Part shown: positions 1-9,131 of the stretch, one piece after another
Position numbering within the stretch: position 1 is the first letter of the stretch
Layout of the letters: every line of letters starts with the position of its first letter
Source: Nitrospirota bacterium
Lineage (GTDB): Bacteria > Nitrospirota > UBA9217
Direction of reading: 5' to 3'
NCBI GenBank assembly: GCA_963741205.1
Contig: CAVUHW010000008.1
Coordinates: 128,001-192,000 of the forward strand
DNA: 64,000 nucleotides
The notes under the pieces: model-generated
Told to the model about the DNA's origin: nothing
What the model saw: only the letters and a program-made list of their open reading frames with translations
Database searches by the model: none
Translations under genes and position numbers: made by a program

Positions 1-11
1 ATTGGTTAATA

Positions 12-105
12 TACGAGTTACGCGTTTCGTGAGTTGCGAGTTAAGACTCAGTAAGCGGCAACCTGCAACTCGAAATCCGCAACACTCAACTCCGAAATCA
101 GCAAT
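12..105. repeat. Intergenic heptamer tandem repeats in inverted arrangement (TACGAGT/TGCGAGT ... GCAACTC/GAAATCC)
   Basis: Imperfect 7-nt periodic units at 12-42, with complementary-sense units at 58-105. Confidence 0.6.
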
Positions 106-118
106 TAAAGGAGTTTCC

Positions 119-1236
119 ATGTCCCATCCGCATGCAACGAAAGCGCCCCACGCACGGCCATCCCGGGGGCGAGGGCACAGAAAAAAAATATCTTCCCGCG
201 GCTGATCGCCTGGGAGGTGACCCGAAGCTGCGTCCTGAACTGCGTCCACTGCCGCGCCGCGGCCAAGTACGGTCCGTACCCGGGCGAGCTCGACACGGAG
301 GCGTGCTTCCGGTTCCTGGACGACGTCAAGTCCTTCAGCGACCCGATCATCATCCTGACCGGCGGCGAGCCCATGATGCGGCCCGACATCTACGATATCG
401 CGAAACACGGCACCAAGCTCGGGCTCCGCATGGTCATGGCGCCCTGCGGCCTGCTGGTGACCGAGGAGCTCGCGCAGAAGATCAAGGATTCGGGCATCAT
501 GCGCGTGTCGCTCTCGATCGACGGCCTGGACGCGAAGAGCCACAATGCCTTCCGCCGCGTGGAAGGGGCCTTCGAGGGCGTGATGAAGGCCATCGAGAAC
601 TTCAAGAAGGTCGGCATGGAGTTCCAGGTGAACACGACCATCACGAAGCACAACGTGAAGGACCTGCCGAAGCTCCTGGAGATGGTCATCGGCCTCGGCG
701 CCGTGGCCTACCATCCGTTCCTGCTCGTCCCCACGGGCCGCGGCAAGGAGCTCGTGGACCAGGAGATCCCGCCTGCGGAATACGAAAGCACGCTCAAATG
801 GTTCTACGAGATGCGGGACAAGGTGCCGATCCAGTTCAAGCCCACCTGCGCCCCGCATTACTACCGCATCTTCCGGCAGGGAGAGAAGGAGAAAGGCGAG
901 GCAGTCACACCCGAGTCCCATGGCTTCGACGCCATGACCAAGGGCTGCATGGGCGGCCAGAGCTTCGCCTTCGTGTCCCATGTGGGCAAGGTCCAGATCT
1001 GCGGGTTCCTCGAAGAAGAGGCGGGCGACATCAAGAAAGAGCCTTTCTCGAAGATATGGAACACCTCGAAGCTTTTCATGGAGATGCGCGACCTCGACCA
1101 CTACCACGGCAAGTGCGGCATCTGCGAGTACCGCAGGGTCTGCGGCGGCTGCCGCGCCCGGGCCTTCGCCATCTCCGGCGACTACCTCGCGGCCGAGCCG
1201 TTCTGCACCTTCGAGCCGGCCATGGCGAAGAAGTAA
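119..1236 (+). CDS. ahbD: Radical SAM/SPASM heme b synthase, AhbD/NirJ family (N-terminus broken by apparent frameshifts at about 150 and 197)
   Basis: RBS AAGGAG before ATG119; His-rich N-terminus, then RLIAWEVTRSCVLNCVHC (CxxxCxxC), TGGEP, KPTCAPHYYR, and SPASM cysteines CGICEYRRVCGGCRARA. Confidence 0.8.
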
Positions 1237-1256
1237 GAAAAACCGGAGAAGTTCCA

Positions 1257-1294
1257 AGGAGGGGGTGGTTCACATCACTCCCTCCTATTTTTTT
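1257..1294 (+). terminator. Intrinsic terminator after ahbD
   Basis: AGGAGGGGGTG...CACTCCCTCCT hairpin followed by a T run. Confidence 0.7.
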
Positions 1295-1374
1295 AACGTT
1301 GGTCATCTCCTAAATATTAAAGGGGGATCCAGTTTTTTACGAGGACATTCAGGAATAAGGCCGGTTTTGCGGGC

Positions 1375-1429
1375 GTTCACGACATGTTCACGCCATGTCC
1401 TTGACAAACGTCTCTTACTGCTTTACTCT
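1375..1429 (+). promoter_or_regulatory. Sigma70-type promoter (TTGACA-17-TACTCT) with three 11-bp-period direct repeats running into the -35
   Basis: GTTCACGACAT/GTTCACGCCAT/GTCCTTGACAA at 1375-1407; -35 at 1401-1406, -10 at 1424-1429. Confidence 0.6.
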
Positions 1430-1471
1430 ATTGCCACTTTAACCTGAGACGGACATTGTTCAAAACCTAAT

Positions 1472-2803
1472 ATGAAACCTATCTGTATCGTAGACGACCA
1501 GCCTTCCATTTCCTCCACCGTTGCGAGCATTCTGAAGGACGAGGGATACCAGGCCCTTTCATTTCCGGATGCGGAGAGTTTCTTGCAGAGGCTCGATACC
1601 CTGGAGCCTTCTCTCGTCCTGCTGGATATCTGGCTCCCGGGCATAGACGGCATGCAGCTCTTGAAACGTCTGCAGGACCGGTTCCCCGCGCTCCCCGTCA
1701 TCATGATGAGCGGACATGCCGGAATCGAGGCGGCGGTTGCCGCGATCAAGGCGGGGGCCTACGATTTTTTGGAGAAACCGCTGCATCTGGAGGTTTTACT
1801 CGACAAGGTGGCGTCCGCTTTGAAGCACCGGCCGGTCGGGACCAACGAGACCCTGCCCTCGGATACGCGTCTTGAGATCGCAAGCGCCGACCATGCGATG
1901 CCTCCCGGCGCGGTGGACGTGGTGGATTCTCCTGAACCTCAGCGCACCCTCAAGGGGAATGTGGTCCTGAACGGGACAGGGCTCCTGAGCGGCAGGAACA
2001 CGGGGATCATCCTGAGCCCCCTCGGGATCAACGAGGGGATCGTCTTTCAAACGCTTGACGGTCAAACCATCAGCGGACATATTACTTCCCTTGAGGATTA
2101 CTCACAGTCAGTCTCGTCGAAGACCTTTTCCGCGAACTCCACGACCCTGGTCAACGGCTTTCGGCGCGTGCGCACGGTTGAACACCTGATGGCGGTTCTT
2201 TCCATGTACGGTATAACCAACGTGCTGGTAAAGGTCGATGAGGAAATACCGAACACGGACGGTTCCGCCCAGCATTTCTGCGACCTCATCGGGGAGGCGG
2301 GGATCGAGGAACAGCCTGCCTTCACCAAGGTCGCCGTCATCCGCAGGAAGATCGGCGTGGGAAATGAGGAGAGGGGAGAAAAGCACCTCTATGCGGAGCC
2401 GTTTGAAGGGTTCGAGATATCGATGCGGGTCGACTACCCGACGCCTATAGGCGAACAAGTCCTCACATTCAATCCTGAACGTATGTCCTTTGCAAAGATG
2501 ATAGCCCCGGCCCGCTCTTTCAACACCTTTGAAAATATCGAAATGGCCCAGAAACTCGGAAAGGTGGGAGGCGGATACCTCAATTCCCATATCATCATGT
2601 ACGACGGCAAGGTCATCAACACTGAACTCCGCTATCCCGACGAATTCGTGCGCCACAAGATATTGGACCTGATCGGAGACCTCTACCTCCTCGGTCATCA
2701 CATCAGAGGACGCATTATTGCCAACATGACCTCCCACGGTTATAATCAGGCCCTGGTGCAACGCTTGTACGAGGCTGTCCAGAGCAGCTCCAGGAAATTA
2801 TGA
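1472..2803 (+). CDS. lpxC: Response-regulator receiver domain fused to UDP-3-O-acyl-GlcNAc deacetylase
   Basis: N-terminal REC (VDD, LLDIWLPG, MMSGH, FLEKP); C-terminal LpxC motifs QRTL, TVEHL, DGSA, APARSF, RHKILDLIGDL, SHGYN. Confidence 0.9.
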   Translation: MKPICIVDDQPSISSTVASILKDEGYQALSFPDAESFLQRLDTLEPSLVLLDIWLPGIDGMQLLKRLQDRFPALPVIMMSGHAGIEAAVAAIKAGAYDFLEKPLHLEVLLDKVASALKHRPVGTNETLPSDTRLEIASADHAMPPGAVDVVDSPEPQRTLKGNVVLNGTGLLSGRNTGIILSPLGINEGIVFQTLDGQTISGHITSLEDYSQSVSSKTFSANSTTLVNGFRRVRTVEHLMAVLSMYGITNVLVKVDEEIPNTDGSAQHFCDLIGEAGIEEQPAFTKVAVIRRKIGVGNEERGEKHLYAEPFEGFEISMRVDYPTPIGEQVLTFNPERMSFAKMIAPARSFNTFENIEMAQKLGKVGGGYLNSHIIMYDGKVINTELRYPDEFVRHKILDLIGDLYLLGHHIRGRIIANMTSHGYNQALVQRLYEAVQSSSRKL

Positions 2804-2864
2804 CCCGGCTCTTCTCCGCTTTACGCTCTCCTGAAATAAGCGATCATCCAGGAGGAGAAAGATC

Positions 2865-3635
2865 ATGAAGTTAAAGCATTTGCTTTGCGGTTTTTTCATT
2901 GTGGTTGTAGCGGCATCATCCGTGTTCGCAGTACCGACGCAGATCACTGTCCGGGTCAAGTCCAAGGACGCTAAGTTCGTGGGCACCAGTATGGGGGGCG
3001 TTCTGATCACGATCAGGAACGTACAGACCGGCGAGCTATTGGCCAAGGGGCGTACCGCCGGCGGCACGGGCAATACGGCCAAGATCATGACGACGCCGAT
3101 CACGCGGGGCGTGGCCATTTCTGACGAGAGCGCGGCCAAATTCTCCGCCACTATCGACATCGACGAACCGGTCCAGGTCGAGGTGACTGCGTTCGGGCCT
3201 TCCGCAAGCCTTCAGTCCGCCAACAAAGTATCCGCGACCCAGTGGGTGGTGCCGGGCAAAAACATCACTGAGGGCGATGCCTGGCTTATGGAGCTGCGGG
3301 GCTTCGCGGTGGACGTGTTGGCCCCTCCCACGCACTCCATGCTCATGGGAGTGCCGCAGGCCGTGGCCATCAAGGCCAATATCACGATGATGTGCGGCTG
3401 TCCCATCACGCCCGGCGGCCTGTGGGATGCGAACAAGTTTGAAGTGGCGGCCCTCCTGAGCAAAGACGGGCAGCGCATCGGCGTCCTGCCCCTCCAGTAT
3501 GCCGGGAGCACCAGCCAGTTCTCCGCAATCTGGAACCTGCAGGAGCCGGGGACCTATGAAGCGACGGTGTATGCCTACGACGCTTCGAACGGGAATACCG
3601 GGATTGACAGCGTGACCTTCATGGTAGGAAAATAG
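2865..3635 (+). CDS. Secreted hypothetical protein with MMCGCP motif
   Basis: RBS AGGAGGAG, signal-peptide-like N-terminus, beta-rich composition. Confidence 0.8.
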   Translation: MKLKHLLCGFFIVVVAASSVFAVPTQITVRVKSKDAKFVGTSMGGVLITIRNVQTGELLAKGRTAGGTGNTAKIMTTPITRGVAISDESAAKFSATIDIDEPVQVEVTAFGPSASLQSANKVSATQWVVPGKNITEGDAWLMELRGFAVDVLAPPTHSMLMGVPQAVAIKANITMMCGCPITPGGLWDANKFEVAALLSKDGQRIGVLPLQYAGSTSQFSAIWNLQEPGTYEATVYAYDASNGNTGIDSVTFMVGK

Positions 3636-3637
3636 AC

Positions 3638-4528
3638 ATGCAGGCCGCTGTTGTCTCGAGTCCGGTGAACGAAAGGTTTGTGCCGTTTATGGAAGAATCG
3701 CAAATAGGACCTCTCTTAGCCAAACTTGACAAGCTCCTGGACCGCTATGTGGACGGCGGTCCGACAGCTCCGTCTTTTGATACCTACCAGGCTTTCGTCT
3801 GGGACGGGAAGCGAAAGTCTATCAGGCCCGTAAAGCGGCCGGTACGGGTCTCCCCGGACGAGCTTATCGGCATCGACTCCATTAAGAAAGAAGTGGTCCG
3901 CAACACGAAGAATTTTATCGAGGACAGGAGGGCTAACAATGTCCTGCTCTGGGGCGAACGGGGCACGGGCAAGTCGTCGCTTCTGAAGTCGCTCCTCACC
4001 GTCTTCGACGGGACGCCGCTCAGGATGGTCCAAATCTACAAGCATGACATCCTCACCATCCAGGACCTCTATGACGTCATCGCCGCAAGCAAACCCTACC
4101 GGTTCATCCTGTTCATCGACGACCTGTCCTTCGAAGAGAGCCAGACCGACTATAAGGAAATGAAGATCATCATGGACGGCGGGCTCGAGGAAATTCCTGA
4201 GAACGTTCTGTTCTACGCCACCTCGAACCGAAAGCACCTGGTGCCCACGCGATTTTCCGACAACGACAGCGACGAGATCCGTCCTTCCGACACGGTCGAG
4301 GAAAAAGTCTCGCTCGTGGACCGCTTCGGCCTGCGCTTGGGCTTTTACCATTTTTCCCAGGACACCTACCTTGAGATCGTCGCTTCCTATGCCGCAAAGT
4401 ATGGGGTCAGCATGGACAAGGAAAGGCTCGAAGAACTGGCGATCCGGTGGGCCATGGGGGCAGGAGGCAGGAACGGCAGGATCGCCGAGCAGTTTATCAG
4501 GATGGTCCAGGGAGACGGCTTGAGTTAG
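3638..4528 (+). CDS. AAA+ ATPase, DUF815 family
   Basis: ANNVLLWGERGTGKSS Walker A, FILFIDDLSF Walker B, YATSNRKHL, EEKVSLVDRFG. Confidence 0.9.
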   Translation: MQAAVVSSPVNERFVPFMEESQIGPLLAKLDKLLDRYVDGGPTAPSFDTYQAFVWDGKRKSIRPVKRPVRVSPDELIGIDSIKKEVVRNTKNFIEDRRANNVLLWGERGTGKSSLLKSLLTVFDGTPLRMVQIYKHDILTIQDLYDVIAASKPYRFILFIDDLSFEESQTDYKEMKIIMDGGLEEIPENVLFYATSNRKHLVPTRFSDNDSDEIRPSDTVEEKVSLVDRFGLRLGFYHFSQDTYLEIVASYAAKYGVSMDKERLEELAIRWAMGAGGRNGRIAEQFIRMVQGDGLS

Positions 4529-4675
4529 CATGCAGGCTGCGCCCTTTTCCCCTCTTCCGGTCTTGCCTTTTCACTGATTTTAGATTATCCTCATTGTAGC
4601 GTAACCGGCGTCAGCAGCTGAGTGGTCCCCTGCGGGCGCTTCAATCACATCACAACGCCATCGGAGGTAGAGGAA

Positions 4676-5146
4676 ATGATAAAGCTTCTCATAGCAATCG
4701 ACGATTCATCGAGCGCGATGAAGGCGGTAGACTACGTTGCGCAGCAATTCGTCGGATGCGGCGCGCAGATCAGCCTCGTGCATGTTCTGCCGAACCTGCC
4801 CGCCATCTTCTGGGACGAAGGACATATCCTTTCCGAGGAAGAGAAGGGCGACCGGCAGAAGGTCGTCAGCAAATGGCTTGACGATCAGAAGGCCAGGATG
4901 GAGCCTCTTTTCAAGAAATCCGTTGAAACGCTGGCTGCGAAGGGAGTCCCCTCGGATTGGGTGCAGACCAGGTTCCTGTCCGATTCAACGGACATTGCAG
5001 ACAGTATCCTCGAAGAGGCCAGGAACGGCGGGTACAAGACCATCGTCGTGGGACGGTGTGAACATCCCGCAAAGCACTTTCTGGGGAGCGTGTCGGGCAA
5101 GATCGTCAACCAGGGAAGCGGCATGACCGTAGTCATCGTTGAATAG
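4676..5146 (+). CDS. Universal stress protein
   Basis: LLIAIDDS...LVHV...TIVVGR...LGSVS USP motifs; RBS GGAGG. Confidence 0.9.
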   Translation: MIKLLIAIDDSSSAMKAVDYVAQQFVGCGAQISLVHVLPNLPAIFWDEGHILSEEEKGDRQKVVSKWLDDQKARMEPLFKKSVETLAAKGVPSDWVQTRFLSDSTDIADSILEEARNGGYKTIVVGRCEHPAKHFLGSVSGKIVNQGSGMTVVIVE

Positions 5147-5398
5147 GAGGTCCCGGTGTCGTAAGGCCGGTAAACGCCTGGCCCTCTTCTTTTCGGCGGC
5201 GGATTCTCCATCTTTCTTTGCCTGACCTTCCCGGACGGAACGCCGTTCCTTAAACCTGCGGCCATCTGCGGCTGACGGCCTTTCCCCGCGTAATACCGCC
5301 TCGTCCCCGCCGATTTTTTCAGCTTAATTTTTCAATTTTTTGTATTATCTTTTTTGCATTACGGCAATCCACCGTTGCCGAAGGAAAAAGGAGATGAT

Positions 5399-5905
5399 AT
5401 GAAAGTCTCTGTGAAAATAGCGGCACTGTTTTTCGCCGCCGGCGTTATTGCGCTCGTCCTGTTCATGATGAAAGAAACACCCAAATCCGAAAGTTCAATC
5501 ATTGCCGGAGAGAGGGACAAGCTTGCCCGCTCCCTGGATAAAGAGCGCGCCCAAAAGGATCAGGACTATGTCCGCGACCTGGATGACAAGCTGCGGTTCC
5601 TCGGTTACCGGCTGGCCCTGGCATACATTGCGGAAAAAAAGCCCGATGACGCCATCGGGGTCCTGGAGAAGATGATCAAGGACGAAGAGGCGAAGTCCCC
5701 GGGCAACAGGCCCCGGCGCTCCCGCAGTTATTTTGACGAAGCGCGGTACTACGGGGCGCTGATGAGGGCTTATGAACTGAAGGGAGACGACGGCGGTGCG
5801 ACTAAGGCGGCGCGGCTCCATGATGAGCTCCAGTCCAGGGCCTCGGAACTGAAGAAACAGGAAGATCAGAGTGAAGGTAAATCTGTCGGCATGAAAGCGC
5901 AGTAG
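5399..5905 (+). CDS. Membrane-anchored helical (TPR-like) hypothetical protein
   Basis: RBS AAGGAG, N-terminal hydrophobic helix, LALAY...DDAIGVLEK TPR-like pattern. Confidence 0.7.
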   Translation: MKVSVKIAALFFAAGVIALVLFMMKETPKSESSIIAGERDKLARSLDKERAQKDQDYVRDLDDKLRFLGYRLALAYIAEKKPDDAIGVLEKMIKDEEAKSPGNRPRRSRSYFDEARYYGALMRAYELKGDDGGATKAARLHDELQSRASELKKQEDQSEGKSVGMKAQ

Positions 5906-5979
5906 CGGGCATCGTTATCGTTGCCGATGCTCCAAGCAGTTCCAGTTTTCTCCGGTTTTATCCGCCTGCAGGATTTCGT

Positions 5980-6819
5980 TTGGAGCTGCAATCCATGGAC
6001 ACCCTTTCCGGAAAAAGGAAACTCGGCCTTGCCTTAAGCGGGGGCGCCACCCGCGGCCTGGCGCATATCGGCGTGCTCCAGGCGCTTGAAGAGAACGGCC
6101 TTTGGCCCGATTTTATTTCCGGCACGAGCATCGGCGCTTTCGCCGCCGTTCTTTACGGCTTCGGCGTACCGCTTGCGAAGATGCGGACCGTGGGGGAGGG
6201 GATGACCCCTCTCCGGGTCACGAAGCTCAAGCTTTCCCGGTACAGCCTCTTCTCGAACGAGGAGTTGGGCAAGCTCATCAAGGCGGAGATCGGGACCGCC
6301 CGGCTCGAAGAGTCTCCTATTCCGCTCGCCATCGTGACGACGGACATCAGCACGGGCGAGAAAGTCGTGCTGCGGGAGGGCGAGGCAGCGTCAGCGGTGA
6401 TGGCGAGCAGCGCGCTGGCGGGCATCTACCTGCCGGTGCGCATAAACAACAGGCTGCTGATGGACGGCGGCATCATGGAGGACGTGCCGATTTCGCCGCT
6501 TCGCATGATGGGCGCCGACGTCGTGGTGGCCGTCAATCTGAGCGCCCAGCGCAAGTACCGGATGCCCGAGGACATTATCGACATCCTCTTCAATGCCTTC
6601 GATATCGCCATTGACGAGAACACCAAGGTCCAGGTGAAGGCAGCCGATGTGCTCATCGAGCCCTGCCTGTTCGATTTTCGCCGCATGGATGTGAGCCAGA
6701 TCGACGAACTCATCGCGGAGGGTCGCCGGGCCGCCGTGGAAAGCATCCCCCGGATCAGGGAAGAGCTGGAGCGTCCCGCGGGACAGGCCGCCTCCCGGAA
6801 AGATCTTTGCGCCGAATAA
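5980..6819 (+). CDS. Patatin-like phospholipase
   Basis: LALSGGATRG, GTSIG nucleophile elbow, DGG motif. Confidence 0.92.
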   Translation: MELQSMDTLSGKRKLGLALSGGATRGLAHIGVLQALEENGLWPDFISGTSIGAFAAVLYGFGVPLAKMRTVGEGMTPLRVTKLKLSRYSLFSNEELGKLIKAEIGTARLEESPIPLAIVTTDISTGEKVVLREGEAASAVMASSALAGIYLPVRINNRLLMDGGIMEDVPISPLRMMGADVVVAVNLSAQRKYRMPEDIIDILFNAFDIAIDENTKVQVKAADVLIEPCLFDFRRMDVSQIDELIAEGRRAAVESIPRIREELERPAGQAASRKDLCAE

Positions 6820-7298
6820 AATCCGCACGGGTGATCACTTCCAACGACTCATCATCCTGTTGGCATTCGTGTTACCAAGACCATTAAGAAAAAGAGCGGC
6901 TGCGAACAGTTTCAGGACGAAACCTGCGGTTCCCGTTGACCACACTTTGTTTTTCTATGCCTGTATAACCTTGCTGCTATCTTTGTATGAAATTTCTTCG
7001 CCTTGATCGTCCCGGACATTTTCTGCAATTTTTGTCGGATTGACACAGGTATACAGAGAGTTAAAATATATCAGGAGAGATGCAAGGTAGAGCAATGTCT
7101 CTTCAAGCCGGGGGCCCCAGATAATGACCCTCGGCTCTCATTTTGTGCGCGGAAATCGCGGCAACGCCCTGCACTCGCGCTGTCGCACACCCTGCATTCG
7201 CGCTAGCACTCATAACCGCTGGGTGCAGGCTCATAATCGCCGGGTGCAGGTTCGGTTGCCTTGCTCCCTGAAAACATGGTATAACGTCCCGACACTCC

Positions 7299-8414
7299 AT
7301 GGATAGTCAAGCTCACATGCAAAACGACAAACTAAAATCCCTTGCTCAAAAGGTCGCCCGGCTCTCTCATCTCCTGACGCGGGAGCGAGAGGACCTGCCG
7401 GCCTCATACCTGAAGGATGCGGGGCTCCGGGAAGCGTATCTCTCGTATTTTCTCCCCCCGAACCTCGGGAAAATTCATGTGCCGCTCAGGGAACTGTCGC
7501 GCCATCCCGAAAGGCTGCTGGAAAAGGACAGGCTCCGGATCCTTGATCTGGGCTGCGGGCCGGGCACTTCGCTGCTCGGCATACTCGAATTTTTCGCGGC
7601 GCAGGAGAAACGTCCTCATCTCGAGTTCGTCGCACTCGATCTCGTTGCCGAGAACCTGAAAATCGCCGAGGATTTATTTGCCTCCTCGCGGAGCGCGAAG
7701 GCGCTCCCGGCCTCCCTGAAGACCATCCGCTCGAGCATCGAGAGCGCAGGGCAGCATGTTGCAGGGGCCTTCGATCTCATCATCCTCTCGAATGTCCTGA
7801 ACGAGCTTTTCGCCCATGAAGGGCGGAAGATCGAAAAACGGTTTGTGGTGACGGAGGAGATCATAACAACGCTGCTCGCGGACAACGGCAGCCTCATCAT
7901 CATCGAGCCGGCCCTGCGTGATACGTCGCGGGAGCTGCTAGAAGTCAGGGACCGATTGCTGGGCGAGGGTTTTCACATCTACGCCCCCTGTTTCTTCCGA
8001 GGAAAATGCCCGGCCCTCGCGAATCCCAAGGACTGGTGCCATGAAGACATTCCGTGGGACCCGCCTGCCGTGATCAGGGAACTGGACAGGCTGACGGGAC
8101 TTCGGAAAGATTCGCTCAAGTTCTCCTGGCTCGTCCTGCGAAAGGACGGCCTCTCGGCAGCCGACTTCTACGGCAGGAATTCCTTCCGTGTTGTAAGCGA
8201 GCCGCTCGTTTCCAAGGGCAAAGTCGAATTCTACCTCTGCGGCATGAACGGAAGAAAACTCGTAACACGGCTCGACAAGGACAGGTCCGCAGGCAACGAA
8301 GGCATGGGAGCGATGAGGCGGGGCGATGTTGTAGTCTTCGAGGGGCTTCTCGACGAGGGGAAGCGATATAAAGTCGGTAAGGATACCAGCGTAAGTGTAA
8401 GAAGCAACCGCTGA
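7299..8414 (+). CDS. Rsm22/METTL17-family SAM-dependent methyltransferase
   Basis: YLSYFLP, ILDLGCGPGT, SNVLNEL, IIEP, APC-x5-CP...WCH. Confidence 0.8.
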   Translation: MDSQAHMQNDKLKSLAQKVARLSHLLTREREDLPASYLKDAGLREAYLSYFLPPNLGKIHVPLRELSRHPERLLEKDRLRILDLGCGPGTSLLGILEFFAAQEKRPHLEFVALDLVAENLKIAEDLFASSRSAKALPASLKTIRSSIESAGQHVAGAFDLIILSNVLNELFAHEGRKIEKRFVVTEEIITTLLADNGSLIIIEPALRDTSRELLEVRDRLLGEGFHIYAPCFFRGKCPALANPKDWCHEDIPWDPPAVIRELDRLTGLRKDSLKFSWLVLRKDGLSAADFYGRNSFRVVSEPLVSKGKVEFYLCGMNGRKLVTRLDKDRSAGNEGMGAMRRGDVVVFEGLLDEGKRYKVGKDTSVSVRSNR

Positions 8415-8459
8415 TTGCTTCTTGATTCCCGCCCCTGTTTACCGTATTATCTCCCCGAT

Positions 8460-9014
8460 ATGAGCAGATACCGTCCGCCCCAGAAACCGGGCTCCAAGTA
8501 CATCACCCCCGAAGGCAAGAAGCGCCTCTCCGACGAGTTCGAATATCTCTGGCGGACCAAGCGCCCCGAGGTGACGGCGGCCCTCGCGGCGGCCGCTGCA
8601 GAGGGCGACCGTTCGGAAAATGCGGAGTATATCTACCGCAAGAAGCAGCTCCGCGAAATAGACTCCCGGATCCACCATCTCAAAGAGCGGCTCGAACACA
8701 TCGTCGTCGTGGACAGTCCGCCGGACAACGAGTCGCAGGTGTTTTTCGGGGCCTGGGTGCGGCTTGAGGACGAAGAGGGGAACAGGAGCGAATACCGCAT
8801 CGTGGGGCCCGATGAATTCGACCCCGCAAAGAACCTGATCAGCATGGACTCCCCCATGGCCAGGGCGCTCATGAAAAAGTCCGAAGGCGACGAGGTCGTC
8901 GTGAAGCGGCCGAAGGGTGACGCGATGTTTACGATCCTGTGCGTTCAGTATGAGCCGTTTCGAGATAACACGTTCTTGATCGCGAACATAGTAGCCTACA
9001 TTCCATGCGGATAA
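8460..9014 (+). CDS. greB: Transcription elongation factor GreB
   Basis: YITPEG, GDRSENAEYIYRKKQLREID, ISMDSPMARAL. Confidence 0.93.
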   Translation: MSRYRPPQKPGSKYITPEGKKRLSDEFEYLWRTKRPEVTAALAAAAAEGDRSENAEYIYRKKQLREIDSRIHHLKERLEHIVVVDSPPDNESQVFFGAWVRLEDEEGNRSEYRIVGPDEFDPAKNLISMDSPMARALMKKSEGDEVVVKRPKGDAMFTILCVQYEPFRDNTFLIANIVAYIPCG

Positions 9015-9131
9015 CAAAGAGCCCATCACCCCTCGCATGCCTCTCCCATCGAAGGGAGGAGGAGCCTTAAAAAACGGATTCCCGCTTCAAGGGGAGTGGC
9101 CAGGGATTGGCACTGAGAATATCACGATCAG

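Noticed and set aside
132-1313. 393-aa Arg-rich + strand ORF
   Set aside because: Alternative frame of ahbD in GC-rich DNA; only its first residues belong to the frameshifted ahbD N-terminus.
5147-5340. GC-rich gap after the USP gene as an ncRNA
   Set aside because: Only short stems and no recognisable family motif.
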